Source: a virus. Taken from it: a stretch of 35,336 nt of DNA. The DNA lies in the IMG/VR virus record IMGVR_UViG_3300040771_000227; one strand, given 5' to 3'. Under the pieces are notes generated by a model that was not told the origin of the DNA, searched no databases, and was given only the letters and a program-made list of their open reading frames with translations. Position numbers and translations under genes: made by a program. Positions 15,640 through 23,640 of the stretch are shown here, piece after piece (the stretch's first letter is position 1; each line of letters starts with the position of its first letter).

Positions 15640-16520
15640 AATTTCAATTTTATCCAGCGCGCGTAAATTCTAAAAAACCAATTGGCGAAGTAACTCTTTT
15701 AGAATTCCTTAAAGCAAACCAAGACCCAAACGACGAAATAAAGGCCGTATTCGCACAAATAGCACAAGCTGAAGCCAACGGCGACCAAAAACAAAAAGCC
15801 TTCTTAAAACAGTCTTTTCTTTACTATTTTACGCCGTGCGTATGGACCGACGGCCAAGGGCGTTCGTATGATAACATTTTAAGTTTTACCGGCTTGGCAG
15901 TTCTTGACTTTGATCATATCGAAAACGCGAATGAATTCAAATATTTTATATTTAACTCTTTTCCGTCCGTTGTCGCTGGCTGGCTGTCACCTTCTAAAAA
16001 AGGCTGTAAATTTCTTGTAAAAATTCCGGTCGTTAAAACTGTCGACGAATTCAAGTCTTATTTTTACGGCCTTGGCTTGGAAATGGAAAACTTCAAAGGC
16101 TTCGACGGAACCGGCCAAAACGCAATTTTACCTTTATTCCTGTCGTACGACCCCGATTTATTATATAGGGAAAACGCCGAAACGTGGACCAAGCGCGGAA
16201 AAATGCTAAACGCCTTTGTCGCGTCTTCGGCGCCTTTGGTTCCGGTCCAAGTTGGTGAAGGCGACCAAGCGCGCGTTCAGCGAATTATAATTAAATTATT
16301 TGAAGCTATCGTTTCCGACGGACACCCGCAAGTTAGAAGCGCCGGCGTAACTTTGGGCGGCTATGTCGCCAGCGGTTACATGGACCAAGCCAGCGCCGAA
16401 AATTTTATTAATTCATTAATACAAAATAATTCATACCTTCGAAAAGGAATTTCAGGCTACCAAATCACCGCAAAAACAGCGATTCAAAAAGGAATGTTAT
16501 CGCAATTAACCCTTCAATAA
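15633..16520 (+). CDS. Primase-like protein, VirE N-terminal / BT4734-like domain
   Basis: The pattern FLKQSFLYYFTPCVWTDGQGRSYDNILSFTGLAVLDFDHIEN ... GWLSPSKKGCKFLVKIP fits the Bacteroidota VirE_N (BT4734-like) primase-polymerase-type domain. It directly precedes a VirE NTPase gene. The ATG at 15633 is preferred over the track's GTG at 15597. Confidence 0.55.
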   Translation: MVKFQFYPARVNSKKPIGEVTLLEFLKANQDPNDEIKAVFAQIAQAEANGDQKQKAFLKQSFLYYFTPCVWTDGQGRSYDNILSFTGLAVLDFDHIENANEFKYFIFNSFPSVVAGWLSPSKKGCKFLVKIPVVKTVDEFKSYFYGLGLEMENFKGFDGTGQNAILPLFLSYDPDLLYRENAETWTKRGKMLNAFVASSAPLVPVQVGEGDQARVQRIIIKLFEAIVSDGHPQVRSAGVTLGGYVASGYMDQASAENFINSLIQNNSYLRKGISGYQITAKTAIQKGMLSQLTLQ

Positions 16521-18020
16521 ATGAACAACAACAAAGAAGTAACAGCTGACGACTTTATAAAAGAAAATTTTATACATGACAAAAAATATGTTGAATTCGA
16601 CGAAACGCCTGAAGTACAACAGGCCCGAAATGACCAAGAAAAAGCAAGCTGGCGCGAAGTTTATAGTTTTGCACACGCTATAAATAAAGCCGGCCGTTCG
16701 TTCACCGAAACGGACGTAAAAAACCAATGCGAACGTTTTTATTTGTCATTCGAAAAAGTGCAATTAGTTTTTCAAAAAGTAGCGGAAAACAATCAGGACG
16801 AATTCGGAATTGAAGACAAGCCGGAAATTTTCAAAGTCGAAAATTTTCTTCGAAAAAATTGGGATTTTGTTCGAAACGAAGTAACGCAAAGAAGCGAATA
16901 CAGACTAAAGAATTCGACCAACGAATTCGAAAAATTAAACGTCGATAGCCTATACAGGAAACTGCAACATGTTCGTTTTACTTTTTCAATCGACAAAGTT
17001 AAGTCTTTGCTTCGGTCCGATTTTGTGAAGACTTACAACCCTTTTTTCGAGTATTTCGAAGCCTTGGAGCCGTGGAACCGCGAAGTTGATCATATAGGTA
17101 ATTTGGCCAATTATGTGACAACAACCGACCAAAATTTTCACGTTACGCAATTTCGGAAAATGCTCGTTCGTTGTATAGGGTGCGCGCTTTACGGCGTAGA
17201 AAATCGTTTCGTCTATGTTTTTGTAGGCGAAAAGCAAGAAAAAGGAAAAAGTACTTTTATTCGTTTTTTAAACCCGTTCGGCCGTAACTATTACACCGAA
17301 GCACCAATTAGAGACAATAAAGACACTTATTTTTCTTTTTCTGAAAACTTCATCTACAACCTTGAAGAACTTGCTTCGCTGTCTAATTTAGAGGTTAATC
17401 AATTGAAGTCTATTATTTCTATGACTACGATCAAAGAACGTAAGGCTTACGCCGTGGACGCCGAGGAACAACCAAGACGGACGAATTTTTTCGGTTCCAC
17501 TAATAAGAACGAATTTTTGACCGATACGGAAAACACGCGCTGGCTATGCGTTAACGTTGAAGACATAAATTGGAACTATAAAAAAGACGTTGACATTCAC
17601 GCCGTTTGGTCGCAAGCCTTCGCTTTATACCATGACGAGGAATATAACCAATTTTTAACCGCTGGCGAAATGAGCGTTCGCGACTTGCTGAATAAAAACT
17701 TCGAAGTTTCCGACCTTGAAAAAGATTTAATTAAGCAATGCTTTGAAATTGGCGACGAAAAAGGTTCTTTTTACTCTTTGCCTGACATTATTTCGACGCT
17801 AAGCGATAAATTTAACGGTAAGCCGCTTAATTCGCGCTTTATTGGCAAATCTATGGCCCAGCTTGGTTTTTTGGCTGGAATCCAGCGCGTAAATGGACAC
17901 AAGACGCGCGGCTATTGGGTGAACCTAAGAACGACGGCTTTATACGAAAACGGCGACGAAAAGACGCCTTTCGTCAAACCTGAAGTAAAAGAGGCGGAAC
18001 AAAAAGAATTTAAGTTTTAA
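16521..18020 (+). CDS. VirE-family P-loop NTPase (D5/primase-associated helicase-like)
   Basis: Walker A in VFVGEKQEKGKSTFIRFL, Walker B-like IYNLEEL, and an Arg-containing segment ERKAYAVDAEEQPRRTNFFGSTN. The layout is typical of virulence-associated E proteins. Confidence 0.75.
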   Translation: MNNNKEVTADDFIKENFIHDKKYVEFDETPEVQQARNDQEKASWREVYSFAHAINKAGRSFTETDVKNQCERFYLSFEKVQLVFQKVAENNQDEFGIEDKPEIFKVENFLRKNWDFVRNEVTQRSEYRLKNSTNEFEKLNVDSLYRKLQHVRFTFSIDKVKSLLRSDFVKTYNPFFEYFEALEPWNREVDHIGNLANYVTTTDQNFHVTQFRKMLVRCIGCALYGVENRFVYVFVGEKQEKGKSTFIRFLNPFGRNYYTEAPIRDNKDTYFSFSENFIYNLEELASLSNLEVNQLKSIISMTTIKERKAYAVDAEEQPRRTNFFGSTNKNEFLTDTENTRWLCVNVEDINWNYKKDVDIHAVWSQAFALYHDEEYNQFLTAGEMSVRDLLNKNFEVSDLEKDLIKQCFEIGDEKGSFYSLPDIISTLSDKFNGKPLNSRFIGKSMAQLGFLAGIQRVNGHKTRGYWVNLRTTALYENGDEKTPFVKPEVKEAEQKEFKF

Positions 18021-18025
18021 CCATG

Positions 18026-18295
18026 CGGAACAACAGAAACGCGTTTTGGAACATCACAAAAAAAGCTATTGTTCCAGCTGAAGCCAACGCTGGCGCTGGC
18101 TGGAACATGTGGAACATTAGGAACATCACTTTTCAAACATTTTCCAAGGACATGAAAACAACCATATTTAAATATACAAAAGTTTTAAGGAATTTGATGT
18201 TCCTATTGTTCCACCGGTCCGCAAGCCTTACCATTAAAGGGCTAAGGGTGGAACATCAAAAAAAATCCTGTTGTTCCATGATGTTCCACATGTTC
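18026..18295. repeat. Iteron array: 12 copies of GGAACA(T) in two opposed groups around an AT-rich palindrome (candidate origin of replication or pac site)
   Basis: GGAACA starts at 18026, 18047, 18101, 18110, 18119 and 18249. TGTTCC starts at 18069, 18197, 18206, 18271, 18281 and 18290. The palindrome ATATTTAAATAT is at 18163..18174. Confidence 0.75.
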
Positions 18296-18342
18296 CACTT
18301 TTGAAATGCCAAATTAAATAATAAAAAAAAAATAAAAACAAG

Positions 18343-19038
18343 ATGACAAATCCATTTATTGACAGTTCGGCCGTGGCCGGTGAATGCGAAAAAATAATTG
18401 AAAACCAAAAACAAACCGAAGGCCGTATTCAGTCCGAATGCTTCATTTGGTTTAATAATGAATTTCCAGCTTTGCGCGGTTTAATGTATCATGTACCAAA
18501 CGGCGGCTTAATGACAGGAGCAAAAGGAAACCAATTAAAAGCAATGGGCGTCGTTGCTGGCGTTCCTGATCTTGAATTTCATTTTTGGAAAAGAACCTTC
18601 TTTTTGGAATGTAAGACCCCGACAGGAACCGTTTCAAAAGACCAAATAAAAATTCATAATATTTTAGACGAACACGGTTTTAGGGTTTTTGTATTCAGGT
18701 CAAAAAAAGAGTTTCAAGACATTATTTATGCGATTATTGAAGACAAGTCGCCAATGTTTAAAAGAGGCTTAAAACGGGCCGAATTCGAATACAGAAACGG
18801 CGTTTTTAATTATCTTTACAACTTAGAAGAAGGAAACGTTCAAATGCTAGATGATTTAGTTACGCCGGAAAATTACGAACGTTTCAAAGGCTTGGTTATT
18901 GAATTTATAAACGAAGGTTTTGACAGTCTCGAAGGCTTCGAAATACTTTTTACGCCGGACTATTTAGGTTTCTATAAAAAAAGCCTTGAAAAAGAAACTG
19001 AAGTATTTTACAAAGGTTCAACAACAACAGAAATATAA
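18343..19038 (+). CDS. VRR-NUC domain nuclease with C-terminal extension
   Basis: ECFIWFNNEFP...HVPNGG...GVPDLEFHFWKRTFFLECKTPTGTVSKDQIKIHNILDEHGFRVFVFRS matches the VRR-NUC core (PD..E.K, Q). About 100 further residues have no recognised domain. Confidence 0.7.
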   Translation: MTNPFIDSSAVAGECEKIIENQKQTEGRIQSECFIWFNNEFPALRGLMYHVPNGGLMTGAKGNQLKAMGVVAGVPDLEFHFWKRTFFLECKTPTGTVSKDQIKIHNILDEHGFRVFVFRSKKEFQDIIYAIIEDKSPMFKRGLKRAEFEYRNGVFNYLYNLEEGNVQMLDDLVTPENYERFKGLVIEFINEGFDSLEGFEILFTPDYLGFYKKSLEKETEVFYKGSTTTEI

Positions 19039-19044
19039 ATAAAA

Positions 19045-19608
19045 ATGAAACAACCGAAACCCCGAAAAACAGACGAAAAGAAGGCCGAACGCTTGGCAGT
19101 TCGTGACGCTTCTTTGATTCCTTTTTCGATAATTGTTGAAGACAAAAAAGAAAACAAACCGACTGTTAAAAAGTCGGCTATTGAAAAGCAAAAAGATTTT
19201 ATTGAATTAATATTTTCAAAGAACCCCGTCGGCCGTCCAAGGCTTTATTCAACAGCCGAAGAACTTGAAGCCGAAATAACGAATTATTTTATTTATTGTT
19301 ATAGCAATTCTATAAAGCTGACTATTAGCGGTTTAGTTTTGTACTGCGGCTTTTCAGATAGAAAAAGTTTTTACGCTTATGAAGAAAACCGCGAATTTAG
19401 TCACATTATCAAGAAGGCGCGCGGGATAATAACGCTACATTACGAAAACCTTTTGACTGAAGCGTTCCCGCAAGGGGCGGTTTTTGCGCTCAAAAATTTA
19501 GGCTGGAACGCTGAAGAAAAAATTGAAAACACCGTAAAAACCAAAACGTCGTTTTATATTGGCGGCGACGAAATTGAAGACATAGATTATTATGGCGAAA
19601 ACGAATAA
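19045..19608 (+). CDS. terS: Terminase small subunit (GP3_package-like)
   Basis: GRPRLYSTAEELEAEITNYFIYC...KLTISGLVLYCGFSDRKSFYAYEENREFSHIIKKARGIITLHYENLL fits the DNA-packaging gp3-type small terminase. It overlaps the terL start. Confidence 0.65.
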   Translation: MKQPKPRKTDEKKAERLAVRDASLIPFSIIVEDKKENKPTVKKSAIEKQKDFIELIFSKNPVGRPRLYSTAEELEAEITNYFIYCYSNSIKLTISGLVLYCGFSDRKSFYAYEENREFSHIIKKARGIITLHYENLLTEAFPQGAVFALKNLGWNAEEKIENTVKTKTSFYIGGDEIEDIDYYGENE

Positions 19609-21148
19609 CGACGTTAACCGCGTCGCACTTAAATTTAATTGGAAACTTTTCAATCCAAACTTTCACCATATAGAACGCGAATTTAGAGACACGACGCGCC
19701 GTTTTATATGGTGCTACGGCGGCTCGTCTTCAGCAAAAACATATTCAGTCAGTCAGGCGGTTTTGATTATTGGCGCGCTCGTCGAAGGTAGTGACACGCT
19801 TGTTTTTCGTAAAGTTTCGGCGACCCTTGAAAGCACCATTTTCAAAGATTTCGTCGGAATTATTGCGAAGCTGAAGCTGGACGCCTTTTTTAAAATTAAT
19901 TACAGAAAAATAACTTGTATTAACGGCGCCGTTATTGACTTTAAAGGTCTTGACGACAATCAAAAAATAAAAGGAATTTCCGGATATAAGCGCGTAGTCA
20001 TGGACGAAATAAGCGAAATGGAATTTGGCGATTTCAAGCAAATTCGTAAACGTTTAAGGGGCCAAATTGGTCAGCAAATTATTTGCATGTTCAATCCAAT
20101 TGACGAAGAACATTGGATAAAAAAAGAAGTTTTTGACAAGCAAGACAAGCGCGTTTTGTCGAATTCATTAATCGACAGGAACGGCGTCTTGAAATTGGAC
20201 GTTAATCCGGTTTATACTGAAGTCACCGAAAAATGGGAAGGCGGCCCGTTATTCATTAAAGGAGTGCAAAGGCCGTCGAATATCGTTGTAATGAAGTCGA
20301 CTTATTTGAATAACTTTTGGGTCGTTGGTTCGCCGTGCGAAACGTTCGGCTTTACCGATGAGCAAACTATAATGGACTTTGATCAGGATAAAGCAAACGA
20401 TTGGGATTTTTACGCGGTTTACGGCCTTGGAAATTGGGGTAAATTGAATAAAGGCGGCGAAATGTATAAAAACTTTGACGTTAAAAGGCACGTTAAACCG
20501 TGGCTTTATGACCCTGAACGCTCGCTTCACCTGACTTTTGACGAAAACGTAAATCCTTTTATGACGCTGGACATTTTTCAAGCTGAAGGAATGAAGGCTT
20601 GGCAAATTGACGAAATTTGTCTTGAAGACCCAAGGAACACTTTAACGCATACGATCAAAGAATTTGCGGACCGGTACGCGCCGAACGGGATGACCATTTT
20701 TATTTACGGCGACGCGACAAGTAAAAAGCAAGACGTCAAGCTAGAAAAGGGCGTTAATTTTTTTGTACTTATTGAAAACCAATTAATTGCTAAGGGTTTT
20801 AACGTGGTTCGTCGAGTTCCGTCCAAAAACCCAAACGTCGAACTTCGCTGCAATTGGTTTAACGCGGTTCTGAACGGTCTCGACGGAATTGAAGTAAGTT
20901 TTGGCGACAATTGCGCGAAAACCATTGGCGACTACAAATATTTAAAACAAGCTTCGGACGGCGGAAAACATAAGGAAAAAGTTAAGAATTCAACAACAGG
21001 CGTTGTTTTCGAAAAATACGGCCACAACACCGACGCGAATGACTACTTTTTTACTTATTTCTTTTCGTCTAGCTTCGATAATTTCGGTTCGTCAAAGGCG
21101 GTTCAAAAAACGATAATTAGAAACCGTTCATTAAAAGGCGCTTATTGA
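19592..21148 (+). CDS. terL: Terminase large subunit
   Basis: Walker A-like CYGGSSSAKTYS, Walker B RVVMDEISE, and a C-terminal nuclease region (YGDATSKKQD..., HNTDANDY). Size and position are typical. Confidence 0.85.
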   Translation: MAKTNNDVNRVALKFNWKLFNPNFHHIEREFRDTTRRFIWCYGGSSSAKTYSVSQAVLIIGALVEGSDTLVFRKVSATLESTIFKDFVGIIAKLKLDAFFKINYRKITCINGAVIDFKGLDDNQKIKGISGYKRVVMDEISEMEFGDFKQIRKRLRGQIGQQIICMFNPIDEEHWIKKEVFDKQDKRVLSNSLIDRNGVLKLDVNPVYTEVTEKWEGGPLFIKGVQRPSNIVVMKSTYLNNFWVVGSPCETFGFTDEQTIMDFDQDKANDWDFYAVYGLGNWGKLNKGGEMYKNFDVKRHVKPWLYDPERSLHLTFDENVNPFMTLDIFQAEGMKAWQIDEICLEDPRNTLTHTIKEFADRYAPNGMTIFIYGDATSKKQDVKLEKGVNFFVLIENQLIAKGFNVVRRVPSKNPNVELRCNWFNAVLNGLDGIEVSFGDNCAKTIGDYKYLKQASDGGKHKEKVKNSTTGVVFEKYGHNTDANDYFFTYFFSSSFDNFGSSKAVQKTIIRNRSLKGAY

Positions 21149-21158
21149 TAAAAAATAG

Positions 21159-21166
21159 TATATTTG
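21159..21166 (+). promoter_or_regulatory. Bacteroidota-type -7 promoter box (TATATTTG)
   Basis: An exact octamer 34 nt upstream of the ATG at 21201, just after the terL stop. Confidence 0.5.
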
Positions 21167-21200
21167 AGGTCGATATAATTTAACACAAAATAACATAACT

Positions 21201-21569
21201 ATGAGTAAATTAAAATTTAACGTCGTTTGCACGAACATCGATCACACCGAAGCCGGCGCTTATATTGCCTCGTTTGTTCCAGCTGACGAAAAAACAAAGG
21301 ACAAATTGAAGGACGGCTTTCGCGTTGCTGTCGGTTCCGAAGACTTTGAAGAAGGCGAAGAACCTGAAGCGTTTGAAGAAGCTTTTAAGGTCGGCGAATT
21401 GTACGAAATGACAATAGACGAACCGAAGGCGGTCGAAGAAAAAAGCGACGAAGAAAAAGCAAAAACAGCTGAAGCCAAGGCGAAGAAAGCTGAAGCTGAC
21501 AAAGCTTATAAGGCCAAGAAAAAAGCCGAAGAAGCTGAAGCGATAAACCAAGCTACAAAAAACGCTTAA
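21201..21569 (+). CDS. Highly charged hypothetical protein with Lys/Ala/Glu-rich tail
   Basis: 122 aa. Acidic middle (EDFEEGEEPEAFEEAF) and C-terminal KAKTAEAKAKKAEADKAYKAKKKAEEAEA. Has its own promoter box and terminator. Confidence 0.6.
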   Translation: MSKLKFNVVCTNIDHTEAGAYIASFVPADEKTKDKLKDGFRVAVGSEDFEEGEEPEAFEEAFKVGELYEMTIDEPKAVEEKSDEEKAKTAEAKAKKAEADKAYKAKKKAEEAEAINQATKNA

Positions 21570-21586
21570 TACTTAATTTTTAAATT

Positions 21587-21619
21587 GAAACGCCTTATTA
21601 ATTAGGGCGTTTTTTTTTG
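21587..21619 (+). terminator. Rho-independent terminator
   Basis: Stem aaacgcc/ggcgttt with an AT-rich loop, followed by a run of 9 T. Confidence 0.65.
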
Positions 21620-21620
21620 T

Positions 21621-21628
21621 TATATTTG
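21621..21628 (+). promoter_or_regulatory. Bacteroidota-type -7 promoter box (TATATTTG) for the head module
   Basis: An exact octamer immediately after the terminator T-run and 16 nt upstream of the ATG at 21645. Confidence 0.5.
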
Positions 21629-21644
21629 GCAAAACATTTTTATT

Positions 21645-22343
21645 ATGGCTTTTTTGATCAAACGAGACTATTTTATTTTAATCGACGAAGAAAACCTTGA
21701 CGTCGTTAGTTATTCCGGCGACGAAGGTACAAGCGCCGAAAGTATTATTGAAGAAACCGAAGCGAACGTTCTTTTCGAAATTTCGTCTTATTTATCGGGG
21801 CGTTATGACGTTTCGAAAGTATTTTTTCCGGTCCTTGAATATTTGAACGGCGAAACGTTCAAAGCTGGCGACTTTATTTATTTAAACGCGCCAAAATACG
21901 ACGTTTTAAGCGCTTATTTAGTCGGCGCCTTAATTGTCAAGCTTGACGGTTTTGTTTATCGTTGTTCAACAGCTGGAGCCGGACCCGAAGCCGATTTTGA
22001 AGTTATCGGAAAAGCTGGAAATTATTACACGGCTATAATTGACACGAACGCTGGCGACTTGTTTAGCGATTCGACGAAGTTCGAGACAGGCGAAAAAAGG
22101 AACGCCTTAATAAAACGTTATGTTATCGATATTACTTTGTATGAATTGCATTCGCGAATAAATCCGAGGAATATACCAGAATTCAGAATTCAAAGGCGCG
22201 ACGACGCTATAAAATGGCTTGGAATGGTCCAGAACCCAAGGAACAACGTCGACGCTGACTTTCTACCGAAGCGCGACTTGGGGCCGCAAAAAGGAAACGA
22301 TATTTCTTGGAGTTCAAAGAAAAAATTAAGTCACGACTATTAA
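21645..22343 (+). CDS. DUF1320-like (Mu gp36-like) head-tail connector protein with a central insertion
   Basis: The N-terminus IDEENLDVVSYSGD....IIEETEANVLFEISSYLSGRYDV and C-terminus RNALIKRYVIDITLYELHSRINPRN...RRDDAIKWL match the two conserved blocks of DUF1320. About 70 extra residues lie between them. Confidence 0.5.
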   Translation: MAFLIKRDYFILIDEENLDVVSYSGDEGTSAESIIEETEANVLFEISSYLSGRYDVSKVFFPVLEYLNGETFKAGDFIYLNAPKYDVLSAYLVGALIVKLDGFVYRCSTAGAGPEADFEVIGKAGNYYTAIIDTNAGDLFSDSTKFETGEKRNALIKRYVIDITLYELHSRINPRNIPEFRIQRRDDAIKWLGMVQNPRNNVDADFLPKRDLGPQKGNDISWSSKKKLSHDY

Positions 22344-22353
22344 AACCAAATAA

Positions 22354-23640
22354 ATGAGAATTTTAAACTACGAAATAAGCAAAAAAGGCGTCGTTAACCT
22401 GATCAAAGAAGACAAAAGAAACGCGTTAAAGCAAATAAAAAGAACCAATAACATTCGCGAAAAAATATATAGAACCGCTTTGGCCCGTTCGCGCGCTGGC
22501 GTTCAGGAATGGAAAAACGCGACAACTTCGGCCGAAAGCTTAATATTACCAAATAACACGGAATTAATTCGAATATATAGAGACGTTGAAGTTGACCTTC
22601 ATCTATTTGCTTTAATGCAAACGATCCGTTTAAAAGTTATAGCGAACAATTTTTTTATTTATAATCAAGACGGGGCCGTTAATGACGAAGCGACAGCTTT
22701 ATTCAAGAAGAAGTGGTTCCGAAAAACGGCGAAATATATAGTCGATTCTGAATTTTACGGATTTAGTTTAATTCAATTTTTGGACGTTAAAGACGGAATT
22801 TTCTCGGACGCCGAAATAGTGCCTCGCGAATACGTTATTCAACAGAAAAGAGGCGTTAAAAAGTCGCTTGCTAATTCGACGGACTTGGTTCCGTTTGACG
22901 CGCCGGAATTCTTAAACTGGGTCGTTGCTGTCGGTGAAATTGACAATTTGGGTCTTTTGCACAAGGCGACGCCGCTAGTCATTAAGAAAAAAGAAGTTAT
23001 TTCCGCATGGAGCGAAGGCGCCGAAATTTTTGGTATGCCTTTGCGCGTAGGACGCACCAACATAGGCGACCCTGTTAAGCGCGCAAACATGGAAGACATG
23101 CTTGAAAATATTGGTTCCGCTGGCTGGGCCGTAATTCACGAAGACGACGTTGTAGAGTTCGTCGAAACGTCCAAGACCGACTTTTTTAAGATATACAAAG
23201 AATTTATTGACACGGTTAATTCTGAACTTTCAAAAGGCTTTTTGCTTCAAACCGGAACGACAGACGAAAAGGCCTTCAGCGGTTCCGCTGGCGTACATGA
23301 AAACCTTTTGAAGTCACTTATTGAAGCTTATATTGTTTTGGTCGAAGAAACGACAAATGAAGCAATAATTCCGGCTTGCGTTCGCTTGGGCCTTTTGCCT
23401 GTTGGTTGCTATTTTAAAAGTGATAACGAACAAAAGATTTCGCTTGAAGACATGGTTAAAATTGTGACTGAATTATTGAAATACAAAGATATTCCAAGCG
23501 GGTTTATATTTGACACGTTCGGCGTTCCTGTCGAAGATAAAGAACTTGAAGAAATTGCGGACCCGAAGGCGTCGCCGTCTTCAGTAATGCAGTCGGTCAA
23601 AAATATGTACTCGAATGTCCTTAAAACTTGTGAACATTGA
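22354..23640 (+). CDS. Portal protein (Mu gp29 / DUF935-like)
   Basis: 428 aa between the terminase region and the MuF gene. The segment AWSEGAEIFGMPLRVGRT resembles the conserved portal block of DUF935 proteins. Confidence 0.7.
   Translation: MRILNYEISKKGVVNLIKEDKRNALKQIKRTNNIREKIYRTALARSRAGVQEWKNATTSAESLILPNNTELIRIYRDVEVDLHLFALMQTIRLKVIANNFFIYNQDGAVNDEATALFKKKWFRKTAKYIVDSEFYGFSLIQFLDVKDGIFSDAEIVPREYVIQQKRGVKKSLANSTDLVPFDAPEFLNWVVAVGEIDNLGLLHKATPLVIKKKEVISAWSEGAEIFGMPLRVGRTNIGDPVKRANMEDMLENIGSAGWAVIHEDDVVEFVETSKTDFFKIYKEFIDTVNSELSKGFLLQTGTTDEKAFSGSAGVHENLLKSLIEAYIVLVEETTNEAIIPACVRLGLLPVGCYFKSDNEQKISLEDMVKIVTELLKYKDIPSGFIFDTFGVPVEDKELEEIADPKASPSSVMQSVKNMYSNVLKTCEH

Noticed and set aside
18023-18304. 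93-aa ORF (MRNNRNAFWNITKK...MMFHMFHF) in the ORF track
   Set aside because: Its odd, repetitive composition (WNMWNIRNI, MFHMFHF) is the direct translation of twelve GGAACAT/ATGTTCC repeats in both orientations. It is better explained as a non-coding iteron array. Dual use cannot be excluded without comparative data.
21210-21551. Two antisense ORFs (113 aa and 80 aa) opposite the charged-protein gene
   Set aside because: Their low-complexity Phe/Ser/Ala-rich translations are generated by the GAA/AAG/GCT-rich sense strand. The sense ORF has its own promoter box and terminator.
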